Below, one piece after another: positions 12,431 to 24,252 of a DNA stretch of 64,000 nt. The notes beneath the pieces were generated by a model that made no database searches, had not been told where the DNA came from, and worked only from the letters and a program-made list of their open reading frames with translations. Numbering within the stretch: the first letter of the stretch is position 1; every line of letters starts with the position of its first letter. Source of the DNA: Heterodontus francisci (lineage: Eukaryota); the NCBI RefSeq assembly GCF_036365525.1, contig NC_090392.1, positions 70,619,247-70,683,246 on the forward strand. The letters run 5' to 3'. Position numbers and translations under genes: made by a program.

Positions 12431-13324
12431 GCATCGCAAAACCAATATTGTTCAATACATGACACTATGGTTGTATCACTTTGAACAGCCCACAGCAACC
12501 TGGAAATGGATTGACTGTGCAGTTCAATTTTTACATTCCCTTGATGGTTTAGCAAGGTTATCTGGTGTGTCTTATAGACTGGATGTATCCAATGTTATTG
12601 TTTTTGTTTTCATTCATGAAGGCAATAAACACAATGGTTTGAATCCTGCTTCAGCTACTGGGATAAGAATCAATCTCTGCTGTTGTCCCATCTTGTGTCA
12701 GGCCAGTGAATCCCAATGACACCAGGACAACGACAAGCAGCACTACTCTCCGCTGCACCCACCACCCCCTCACTCCCACCCCTGAGAAGGAGGGCATAAC
12801 TAATAACAGAAAATCGTGACCCAAATTGAATGTTTTTTAAGCAACAATTTGATAATTACAGTTAACAAAGCAGTCAAAATCCTGTGGTGTCCACTGGGAA
12901 CATACCAAAGATTGAAATATGGACAAGCAGAGATGCTTCTTGATATTCATACACATCCTGGACCGATGCAAAATGGATTTTGTCAGGGTCAGGAGCAGAA
13001 AGTCTCTGTTGCTGTAAAGATGAATATCATTGTACATGTAGAACATAGGTTTGAATCCTGCTGTGTTACATTCCTTTTCTAAATGAAACAATTTTGTGGT
13101 GGTTTCAATTTCATGTAAGGCTGAGCCAGCAAGGCAAGAATGATTAAAATTTGGAAATAATTGCAACTGATTTGAAATCTGAACTCATGTTAAGATGCAT
13201 TTTTGGAGCAGGTAAGATGAAGCTTTACTGTGGATCTGCTTGACATAAGATGCCAAAAGATTGGAAATTGTACTTCTCCACAGCACTAACATTCGTTAAG
13301 TTGTAAATTAATTTTAAGAAAGTT

Positions 13325-13660
13325 ATAGAACATAGAACATTACAGCGCAGTACAGGCCCTTCGGCCCTCGATGTTGCGCCGACCTGTGAAACCATCTGAC
13401 CAACAGTATTCCATTTTCATCCATATGTCTATCCAATGACCACTTAAATGCCCTTAAAGTTGGCGAGTCTACTACTGTTGCAGGCAGGGCGTTCCACGCC
13501 CCTACTACTCTCTGAGTAAAGAAACTACCTCTGACATCTGTCCTATATCTATCACCCCTCAACTTAAAGCTATGTCCCCTCGTGTTTGCCATCACCATCC
13601 GAGGAAAAAGACTCTCACTATCCACCCTATCTAACCCTCTGATTATCTTATATGTCTCTA
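13325..13660 (-). mobile_element. Young CR1 (HER1-like) 3' fragment
   Basis: Translation DSESLFPRMVMANTRGHSFKLRG...LDRHMDENGI is nearly identical to the end of the 31291-34393 element. Confidence 0.9.
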
Positions 13661-14294
13661 AAATAAGTTCTGAAATATTTTAAAGTTTGAGCCTAAGATA
13701 AATCTGAGGACATTCTGTGCAATTCTAGGAATAATTCTTCACCTCAGAATGAGTTAACATTTCCCAACAATGTCTGTCTTTGTGCAATGTGAGCTGTCAT
13801 TTCAGATGACTTTGTTTGTCCCTTGCTCCGTGGGTTGACTTTACATGCCAGAATGTTGTTTATGACAAGAATGTTCTAGTAGGAGCCACTGAAAGCTGGA
13901 CAATAAAATTCCATTGAACAGATTATGGCTAATGGAAATCACAATATTGTGCCATCAATCATCTAGATATCAAAACTGAATGATTTGATGCACTTGCAGA
14001 GTTCAGTAACCTTGAAATTCTCTACGCCGTTCTTCAGCTAGTTGCTAGGTGGGGTGCAGGAGTAATTCATCCTTTGATATTTTTCTTCTTTCTCCATCCC
14101 TGACTCAAAGGAAAGACTTGCTCTCCAGTTGGCATCTTTCCATCATGATGCACCAGGGATCAGATATATTAGACATTTCTGGGATCATTGCTGTGAATCT
14201 ATATCCTGAAAAAAGCTCAGGATTAGAAAATTAGGACCATTGAAACTCACCTCTCTAGTGCCGAATGTAGAGAGTTTCTTCCCATTACCTTGTG

Positions 14295-14740
14295 CTTGAG
14301 TTGGTAAGTGGCAAGTTACATTTGTGCCACACAAGTGCCAGGTAATGACCATCTCCAACAAAAGAGAGTCGAACCACCTCCCCTTGACATTCAATGGAAT
14401 ACCATCATTGAATCTTCCACCGCCAACATCCTGGGGTGTTGCCATTGACTAAGAACTCAACTGGACCAATCACATAAGTGCTGTAGTTACTTGAGCAGGC
14501 CAGTGGTTCACCTCTTGACTCTCCAAAGCCTCTCCACCACCTACAAGGCACAAGTCAAGAGTCCAATGGAATACTCACTTCATGTCTGGATCATCCAGGA
14601 CAAAGCAATCTGCTTGATCTGCACCCCATCCACCACCTTTAAATTAACTTCCTCTACCACTGGCAGACTGTTACTGCAATATTTATTATCGACAGGATGC
14701 ACTGCAGCAACTCGCCAAGCCTTCTTCGAACAGCTTCTCT
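14295..14740 (+). mobile_element. Degenerate LINE RT C-terminal fragment
   Basis: Remnants such as LSTTYKAQVKSPMEYS. Same family on the minus strand at ~15000-15360, 45915-46315 and 61405-61530. Confidence 0.55.
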
Positions 14741-16175
14741 CATGTCAAAAAAACTATGAATGGCTAGAAAATGTGTGAGCTCTGTTATCACAGCAAATAA
14801 TTGTATTTTGAATAACCCCACTATTTTTGTCACCATTAATGTGCTTGATGATTTTTCCAGACAATGCACTTTAATGAGTATGTTTATCCTACTATTTATT
14901 TTAAATTTACCTTTCACTCATCTATACTTATACCCTGCTCTCTTACTGGGTTTTTCTGTATCATGGTTCAGACCTTTGGTTATCCACTGTTTGCTTTTAT
15001 TCGTTCTTGGGCTATGAGTGTCATAAGCAAGGCCAGCATTTATTGCCTATCCCTAGTTGCTCTTGAGAAGGTGGAGAGCTGCCTTCATGAACTGCTGCAG
15101 TCCCCGTGGTGAAGGCACTCCCACTGTTAGGCAGTGAATTCAGGATTTTAACCCAGTGACGATAAAGCAATATATGTCCAAATCAGACTGGTGTGTGACT
15201 TGTGGGGGAGGGGGGAGGGAGGGGCAGAACCTGGAGGTGATAGTGTTCCAATGCACCTACTGTCCTTGTCCTTCTAACTGGTGAAAGTCTTCAGTTTGGG
15301 AGGTGCTGTCGAAGAAGCGAATTGCTGCAGTGCGTGCTGATGGTGGAAGGAGTGAATGTTTACTTTAATCTGTGGGATATATTCTGCAAGTTTACACTCC
15401 CTGTGCAGTGCTTCACAAGATAGGAGTGCATAGCAGGAATTCTGGCATGGAAGTCAGCAACATCAGATGATTTTCTTCCAATCCCAAATGTCTGAAATGC
15501 ACTTCCCATTGCACAGTTTTGTGTTGGGAACGCTAACTCACAAAATCTAGAATCTCTAGGTTGAGAAATGTCATATCATTAGACTGCACTATTTTGTTTG
15601 AAGGGGAGGAAATTTGATGTTTTAGTATTAGAGAATAAAAATAACTACTTTCTGGTGAGAATTGGGGTAAGAAAAAGGTCAAGTGACTGATTGATCTGTC
15701 TTTTAAAAAAAATCACTGCAACTTTTGAGGGATTGCAGGTTTCTGTGTCTGTGGATTTTATCAGACATGGAATATTCACAAAAGATTGTTGAAGTGTTTT
15801 TATAGCCTTAGTCCAAGCTTACTGGGAAATTGCAGTATTAATGTTGATAATTACAGGTTGTATCCAGTACATATTATGTGATGAGTTACAAAGGAAAATA
15901 TAATGCACTCATCCAGCCACGATGGTTGAGATTTAAAGCTAGTGAACAACTGACCAGATTTTCACCCTGATTTAGCACGTTTTGGCCCCTGACTGATCAT
16001 ATACTGTAACAATATCCTGCGAGAGAGATACCAATGCCATTAGTGTTGAGCCACAGAAATTCATGATTCCAGTTCTGGTTAGTCATTTTATCACCTTCCT
16101 ATATTGATGACAAGAAAACAGCTTAGGAATTTGGCATTCATTCTTTCCTAAGCATATGTGCTTGATCTCTTGCAG

Positions 16176-16298
16176 TTGAGACTGGACAAGGATAAATTTA
16201 CAATTCACCTTGATGTGAAACATTTCACTCCTGAAGAAATCCGAGTCAAAATTCTGGGTGACTTTGTTGAAATTCAAGCTCAACATGAAGAACGCCAG
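16176..16298 (+). CDS. CRYAB: AlphaB-crystallin, exon 2
   Basis: tgcag|TTG AGA CTG GAC AAG...: [41 protein letters not shown]|gtacat; 123 nt. Not shown in the ORF track. Confidence 0.95.
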
Positions 16299-18363
16299 GT
16301 ACATCTTATTATTTCCCCTATTTTTATTCCATCTTAGACTTGCTCTGTGTTTCCAATCACTTTTGTTAGCTAGGAGAGCTGGTCTGGGTACAAATTGTAG
16401 GAGTCACACTTTGGGTGAGAGAGAGTTAAATTACATGCCAATTCCTTCACAAGGTGCTAATTTGGCTCAGAGCTGAAACCTCAGTAGCTCATGGTTAAAG
16501 ATTTCGTTCCTCATTGAGATTTGAAGCTAGGGCTATAACTAGATTTCAAAATCATCTAAAGTAACACCACATCAAATAAGGCCCATACAATCTTGCGCAG
16601 AAGAAAAGGATTTGAAATTCCTCTGAATACATTTTTTATTGATGGAATAATTCCAACTAACTTAGTCAATTTGTTTGCTTCGGTTTTAGAAGGTGCTACT
16701 CACAGCTGTAAGTGCTGCATAGAAATATTAACCGGATCTGTTATCAAGCCACTGGAGCAATTCCAGGTGCTTTTACAGCACTTTAAAGTGTTCTTACTCA
16801 TTTGTGAAGGGTTCTCAATTTGCCCAACTATCACGAAAAACGCTGACGTATATCAGCATTGATGTTGATCAAGCCACTGTTTGCGTTTTAGGTAAATATA
16901 ATGCCTGGTAAAAAAAATCTTTTGTTATAAAGTTAATTGGATCTCTGTAACACATGAACAGATACTCCAATATAAGCCAGTCTAAATTGAGGACTGGAAT
17001 GTGTTCCGTCCACTGAAACATAGCAATACAGCACTCTCTTTTATGCTGAACTAAGCCATCACATGCCCTTGCTGTGCAAAATTAAATATAGAAACATTCC
17101 TGGAACTCAGTTACAAGACTGTAATATGGTCAAGGACTTTAGATAACATCAAAAATCGTGACAGTGAATCACAAACCTTTTGTTAATATCTGGCATTTCA
17201 TGACTGAATTTCACCTAGGTGACAATTGTGCAAACATAGGCCATTGCAATGATTATTGGCAAGTTTTTTGACTGCTGTGGGCGTCAAAGCTGAGCCCAAT
17301 CCTGTCTTCACTCAATGTCCACTTCCAACAGGGATCATTGGATAGAGATCAGGAGCAGGAATCTTGCCAATTTTCCCATCCCTAACCCAAGAGTGCTGAG
17401 GCCAATTGTGGAGCTGCTATCACTGCCCTGGCTGAGATCAACTAACTCAGTGCAAACTGAGCCATCAAAGTAGTGATCTTGCTGGCCTATGTGAACTTGC
17501 ATTTATATAGCGCCTTTCATGTCTTTCGGACTTCCCAAAGCGCTTTACAGCCAATGAATTACTTTTGATGTGTAATTACTATCCTTATGTCGGTAAAAGT
17601 TGCTGAGCCATTGAGTGTTGTAGATACTGATTTTTATAAATAATTGGGCTTTTTTTTTGGAATAATGTACCTGGTGCACTCAGCAGTCTCAACACTAAGG
17701 CAGGTTCAACTGAAACCAAAGTTCATACAGTTGAATGTGATATTTGCCTTGGTTGTTTATGTGGTAAAGGAGAGGTAGTCAGTGGTGTTGAAAAACTGAT
17801 TTCCTCTTTTCCCAACAGTCAGATCATATGCTCTGACATTGTATTTATACAGATTTGTATGACTACTTGGAAATGTTGCAAAAAATATCTATCCATTTGA
17901 AATGGTGCCGCTTTTAAACATTTCTGAATTGCAAGCCCTAAATTCCTGTATAGAAACACCAGCCCTTATGCCTAAGATTTGAGGTGGCAGCACGCCACCA
18001 TGATCAATTCATATACAATAATTATTTCTAGACAATTACAATCTTTTTGTGGTAAATTCCTACACTCCCACTCAGCAGTTTCACTTAAAGGGAGCACAGG
18101 GCAACTTTTATGGTCTGTTTTGCAGCCCTCACCTTGCATTTTGAAACATTTAGAAACTTTCAGAACTATACCAGCAATGGATGAGAAACTCTAAAATATC
18201 TGAGAGACTTGGGTTGTCTGGAATTTTGCCTTACACTCAGTTTATCTGACTTTATATAAAAAGTGGTCAAAAAAAAAAAATTGAATACTTTTTTGGGGAA
18301 AATTCGTAGAGGTGACTGACTATCACTTTTAATAATCACTTGATTAAATCTTTCATTCTTTAG

Positions 18364-18567
18364 GATGAACATGGCTACATCTCTAGAGAATTTCACCGGA
18401 AGTACAAGGTCCCAGCAGGAGTTGATCCTACTTTGATCACCTGCTCCCTGTCTGCAGATGGGGTGCTTACAATCTCTGGTCCCAGGAAGTTGGCTGATGT
18501 TCCTGAGCGATCTGTGCCCATCTTCCGAGAGGAAAAGCCTGCAGTCGCTGGACCTCAGCAAAAGTAG
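18364..18567 (+). CDS. CRYAB: AlphaB-crystallin, exon 3
   Basis: ctttag|[67 protein letters not shown]. Confidence 0.95.
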   Translation, partial: DEHGYISREFHRKYKVPAGVDPTLITCSLSADGVLTISGPRKLADVPERSVPIFREEKPAVAGPQQK

Positions 18568-18730
18568 ATCTTTTCTGTTCAGTTCAGTGCGAAATGACTT
18601 CAAGCCATTAAAGTATTGCCTTTTGCTTTAAATGTAACATTTTTGTATTGCTATATAATCACACATTCCTTAAAAACTGTTAGCCTGCAACAAACATTTA
18701 CCTTTACTGCCTTAGTGAAACTTTCATTTA

Positions 18731-18736
18731 AATAAA
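18731..18736 (+). terminator. Probable CRYAB polyadenylation signal
   Basis: AATAAA ~165 nt after the stop, followed by a T/GT-rich tract. Confidence 0.55.
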
Positions 18737-20446
18737 GTTAACTATATGAACAACCCATTGCATAGTTCCTGTTTTTTTGCTTTGGTCTTTGTCTTTATTG
18801 GTTTCTAAAATGGTAAATAATACAATGCAAAATTGAAATATATAAATTAACTATTTATTTACATTGTTCATCACTGAACAGAGCAAAGGCTTTTTTATTT
18901 GAGATCAGTTAACATTATCCCTAATCATTTATTCGTGTTCCGTCAATGATTATAAGAACGCATATCCTAACAGATGAACTACATGGGTGCATTTAGTCAG
19001 TACGGGATCTAGCTATTAATTGGCACACTTTCTTCATTGGTTTGACTCTTGTATTTCAGTGTGATACATCTATAGTTTTGCATAATACCTTCCTTTCCTA
19101 AGTTATTTTTGAAGCTGACCATTTTGCATATTATATCCGGATGTTTACTATAGTGAATATGAAATCTGATGTTCCGGAATAGAACAAAGAATTCAGAAGC
19201 CAAGGCCCTGTTGTCCAAAAAGCGAGATAGTGTTCTGACTGAGGAACCTTTAATAAGAGTAGGAGGCATGCACTTCACTCTGATTGTAATGATTAGTTGG
19301 TATCACATAGGGTTTTTGAATGTTGGCAAAGAGGCCATTGGAAATACAGAACAATAGTTGTGTGCAGTCAGGATGGAACATGAGAAATCCATGAAATTAG
19401 AGGTAAAACCTCATGGCATAAAAAAATTAACCTGTGCTTTCAAAAATAAGAACATGCAAGAGCCTCAGTCTGAAATGTTAATCCACCTTCTCCCTTTTCG
19501 GATGATAACTGTTTTGCAGAATTTTCTGTTCTTCTTTCCGATTTCCAGCATTCAGCTTTCGTTACTTTCAAGAGAAATCACTATATTTTATGACTAAAGA
19601 CAGCTCAAATTTTCAATGTTTACTATCTTAGTTGCGCGGCCCCATACATTTATTAAATCCTGGACTCTGCCTGTCTTCCCTGCCAGTAGGCCAGTTGGAG
19701 GATTGTTGTGAACCTGTTCATTGCCTTAGATCACTGCCCTCCCAGCAGAAGGAGGATGTATGTGAAACAACAGTGCTGAGTTAAAATTTAAAAATTCAAA
19801 TAGTGTTAAAAAGATTTCAAGACAATGTTATGCAATAATTTGTCACACCTATCTTATCACAGCCATAACAAAAATGCACAAGTGAATTTTAACAGTTTAT
19901 AGGTTTAACATTGGCAAAATAAGGTGCCAGCAGATTTTAATTCACAACCTTCAGTTATCCTCACTGTAAAAATATATACAACATGTTGTCAAATTTCGCA
20001 AATAAATTACAACTTCAAGCTTTGAAAAGGGGAGATCTGGTCCTATTTTTTCTGCTGGATGCACAATATTCTCAAGAAAAATCAGGTGAATTGTTAACCT
20101 TTGATTATTTTAACATCAGAACTTTAGTTTAAAAAAAAGCAATCGTCCAATAACCAGAATGACCAAATACTCAAGCTGGTAGTGACGGTCAAAAAGCTCC
20201 TATGTATTATGCAGTATTTACAAGAGATTATGAAATTATTTATTACATTCCTAAAGGAACACAAATGGTAGAAATGCAAGCATCTTTGAAGCATGGAATT
20301 TATGAAGTAATCCACTCCTGTTGCAGATGATTTAACTCATTCTTTCGGCTTCTGGATTCAACAGTCTGACACCTCTTGGTGGATTACACACCATCACTTC
20401 ACATAATTACAATTCACAGTCACAACTTGTTTTTGACAGTTGGTCA

Positions 20447-20781
20447 TTTATTTATTTTTTATTTTATTTATTTAGAGATACAGCACTGAAACAGGCCCTT
20501 CGGCCCACCGAGTCTATGCCGACCAGCAACCACCCATTTATACTAACCCTACAGTAATCCCATATTCCCTATCACCTCCCTACACTAGGGGCAATTTACA
20601 ACGGCCAATGTACCTATCACCTGCAAGTCTTTTGGATGTGAGAGGAAACCGGAGCACCCGGCGAAAGCCCACGCAGACACAGAGAGAACTTGCAAACTCC
20701 GCACAGGCAGTACCCAGAATCGAACCCGGGTCCCTGGAGCTGTGAGGCTGCGGTGCTAACCACTGCGCCACTGTGCCGCCC
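20447..20781 (-). mobile_element. HE1-like V-SINE
   Basis: tRNA-like head (TGGCGCAGTGG / GGTTCGATTCT) and a 3' tail GGGCCGAAGGGCCTGT shared with the CR1 3' end. Confidence 0.85.
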
Positions 20782-20970
20782 ATGGACTGAGTCACAGATC
20801 ATTTACATATTAAATAAATCTCATAACTCAGCATATCAGGTATATCATTCCCTATTTATTAATGAGCCATTTCAGTGCACTCAGTTTAAATAGGTCTCTT
20901 TTTATTCTCTTGCCGTTTTCATCACGTTGGCTCTTCACTGATTAATCTTCACTGTAGCCAAGTCTGCCCT

Positions 20971-21410
20971 TTAGGGAATGTAGGATCCACAACATGCAGC
21001 CAAGCCTGGTCCTGAAGGAGCTATTGTAGGTTTACAGGGTTCACAAAACTCAGCCGTGCACTTTCCTAAAGGACCTTTTGTAGGAATGTAATATCCACAA
21101 AATCCTGGAACTTCTAACTGCCTGCTTTTCATTGCCTCAGAGTCTGTCAGTGAGCAAAGTTTTAGAGGAATGTAGGAGCCACATAACTGATACTTCTCTG
21201 CAGTCTCATCAGTACCTGATGGAGCAGGGGGTCCGCAATATTGTAAATGCTCCTTTTCCACTGTGTTCGAATCAGTGCTGGTTGGAGGGTTCAGTAGGAG
21301 TGCAGGGTCCACGTAATCCAGCATGTAACAGCTCTTTGGGATTGTTTTGGTATGAGGAGGGTCCAATTCCGGTTGGTGCGTTGGATAAACATGAGGCTCC
21401 CTTTCAAAAA
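20971..21410 (-). CDS. CFAP68: CFAP68 (C11orf1), last exon with extended C-terminus
   Basis: ttcctccag|TT TTT GAA AGG...: FFEREPHVYPTHQPELDPPHTKTIPKSCYMLDY aligns to human FKREPHWFPGHQPELDPPRYKCTEKSTYMNSY. The frame stays open a further ~110 aa. AATAAA on minus at 20901-20906. Confidence 0.85.
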
Positions 21411-22779
21411 CTGGAGGAAAGAATCATTTTATACACAGTGATGTTAAATAAAAATACACTTCAAAGTTTCTTTTGTGTTAACTGAGTTTTATCATATTTT
21501 CCTCAGTAAACAAAGGTACAACATAGCAATGTGTAATCACATGCATACAGATAGGAGTTCAGTTTACAATACCCTACATATACCTTTTAAGTCACATAAC
21601 CTGCACCTCTCCATAGATTTGAATTCAGTGTCTCACATGACTGAATAACTGGAAATGGAACAGGGAAATTGGATTAGAGAGCTCTAGTTGAAGAACTATA
21701 GCACTATTTAAGGCACTGAGGGCTGAATGGTCTCCTTTTGTGCCAAAAGTCTAGATTCTATGCTTCTACAAATGGGCCCTATACAGCCTACTCCAGCCTT
21801 GTGGGGCCACTATTGTTTTGTATAAGTAGTTCAATTTGTACTTTCTTTTGCTGCATCTGTTCTGTATCTCTATATCTTTCTCTATGCCCCCATATATAGT
21901 CTTAATTCCCCTTATTGGTAGTCTGCCAACTTGCTCAGACTTATGCAGTTAATATCATTATGCCAATTAGAGGAAGTAAAGCACAACATATATTTTCCTG
22001 TGGGGGGCTGACAATGTTACTGTGACACTATATTTCCTGATGTGTAAGAAATCCTGGCTCACAGAATAGCATAGCCACGTGATGTTACAATTGGAATAGT
22101 TTCCAGGCAAGTACATTATTTGAACATATTACAGATGCGTTTGACTCTTTAGCAACCATTTTGATGTGTTAAAGGGAGGGTTTAGTGATGCATATTCAAT
22201 GCAAGAGGCATTCTAAATACACCCACCCTCTCTAAGTACCACTAACTTCTCAAGGTGTCAATTTCTATCTTTGCATTCTTGTTTTCAAATCGCTCCCTGG
22301 CCTTGCCCCAACCTACCTCAGTGACCTCCTTATGCCTTAGATTCCTGCACACACTCTCTGCACCAGAATTCTCCTTGCCTTTTGCACTCTCCCTTTCATC
22401 ATCAGTGATCATTCACTCAATCAATGCCCTCCTGGCCCAAGGAACTTCCTGTGCAGCTCCCTCCAACTTGAATCTTCCTCCCCAATTCCAAAACCTCTAA
22501 ACCCATCTCTTTGACCATAACTTCGATTCCCCACCCTAGTCTCTGCATTCTTCTCCACATCCCCCATGCTTGGTGTATCATCTTATAGATTTAATAAGTG
22601 ACCCAGAATTCCATCCTCTCCTAAAGGCATGCTGTGGTAGGGAGGCTATTCAACAAATAGGGCAACTACAGCCAAGCACAGTGCTGTCACACACATGCAT
22701 TTTTCAGCAGGAGTCAGGACCTGTAATCCCGGCTGACATTTTCTCTTCTCAAGCCCAGAGGTGCTGATATGAGTTGATA

Positions 22780-23700
22780 TGAACATACGAAAATGACAGG
22801 TCGGAAAAGACCAGCTGGCCCATCAGGTCTAGCTGCAGCATCATAACTGAACACTTCCTCCCAACAGCCATATAATCTCTTAGGATTGGCAACAAAACAG
22901 AAAGAAAACACCCAGGGCCAATAAGGGAAGCAGAAGACCTCTGGAAGCTTCCTCTCTGATCTTCCCTCCGGCAATCTAAACCAGTTCAGGACATCATATT
23001 TGGCATGGATAAATTATCTGCTAATCCACTTTCCTTCTATCTGCTGCAATCTCAGCCCTAGCCAAGGACTGGTCCAGTTCCCTCTTGTAGGTATACAGAG
23101 AGTCACCACTCACCATACCAGCTGGCAATGTATTCTAGAGGCTCACTACTGTCTGGGAAAAGATGAACCACCTAACATCTAGCCTATTTATACAATTGCA
23201 TATCTCCGGTTGACCCCATCCTATCAAACTAAAATGATCTAACAATAGGCACGCAATCCAGCTCATTCATTACCTCATACACCTTCATCAGGATGCTTCT
23301 ATGCCTATGCTGCTCTCAAGTGAATAGACGCAGCTATCTAAGAGTAACTAAGGTTCTTTAAGCTAGGGAATATTCTCGTAGCTCTTCTCTGAACCTTTTT
23401 CAAGGCCACTATATATCACCCATCATGTAAGAGAACGAAAACTGAGTGATGTACTCCTGATGCAGTCTAACCTACAGCCTACTTAATGATAGAATGTGTC
23501 CTTTGATTTGTGCTGAATGGTTCAATTAATACAAACCAATACCCTGTTTGCTTTGGCTACAGTTTCTCTGCACTCATTGTGATCCTTCTGTGATCTGTGC
23601 ACAATAGCGCCTCAATCGCACTCTCAACTACTTTCAGTATCAATCCCCATAAATGGTGTGCTCTGTATTGGTCCTACCTGAAAGCATGATATGCATTTAT
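22780..23700 (-). mobile_element. Old degenerate CR1 fragment
   Basis: Decayed CR1 RT C-terminal and 3' UTR motifs; no intact ORF. Confidence 0.55.
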
Positions 23701-23919
23701 CTAGGTTGGTTATATATAGGTTGTCATTCATTTATTTGATAAAACTTATTTATGAGAGTTCAGAAAAACTTGATAAGAATTGCAAATTCAAAATACAATG
23801 GCCTTGTAATTAGCACCAGTAAAACTAACCTCTTCAATCTGTGATAAGAGGCCCTTTCTTGGCCGACTGCAACTTGCATCTATTTTTAAGTGTATGATGA
23901 AGTATCTATTATCACTTAC

Positions 23920-23983
23920 ATCTCTGCTGCTTCTCTTCCTTGTTATATGAATCCCCATATATCGTACGATAGGCATATTCATA
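23920..23983 (-). CDS. CFAP68: CFAP68, middle exon (64 nt)
   Basis: cctgcag|YEYAYRTIYGDSYNKEEKQQR+T|gtaagt aligns to human FGHYFETTYDTSYNNK. Phases 0 and 1 fit the flanking exons. Confidence 0.85.
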
Positions 23984-24252
23984 CTGCAGGTAAAGCAAGC
24001 TAATAATAATAAATATAAATAATTTCCATGTTTATTTAATACTGTCTACTGATAATGCAGTCATCTTTGTGCTATCAAAATTAAATTAATCAATCAATTC
24101 AATTAAATTTAGTATCAAAAATATATCAGGTGATAATTTTACTTGGGAGGACTATTTTGTAATACAGTTGGAAAAGATTTTCGTTAATTGTATTGAATTT
24201 AAATTCCCAGCCCTAGTTCCAAAGTATTTGCATCGATCCTGGAATTTTTAAT

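Noticed and set aside
18166-18603. 145-aa minus-strand ORF
   Set aside because: Antisense shadow of CRYAB exon 3.
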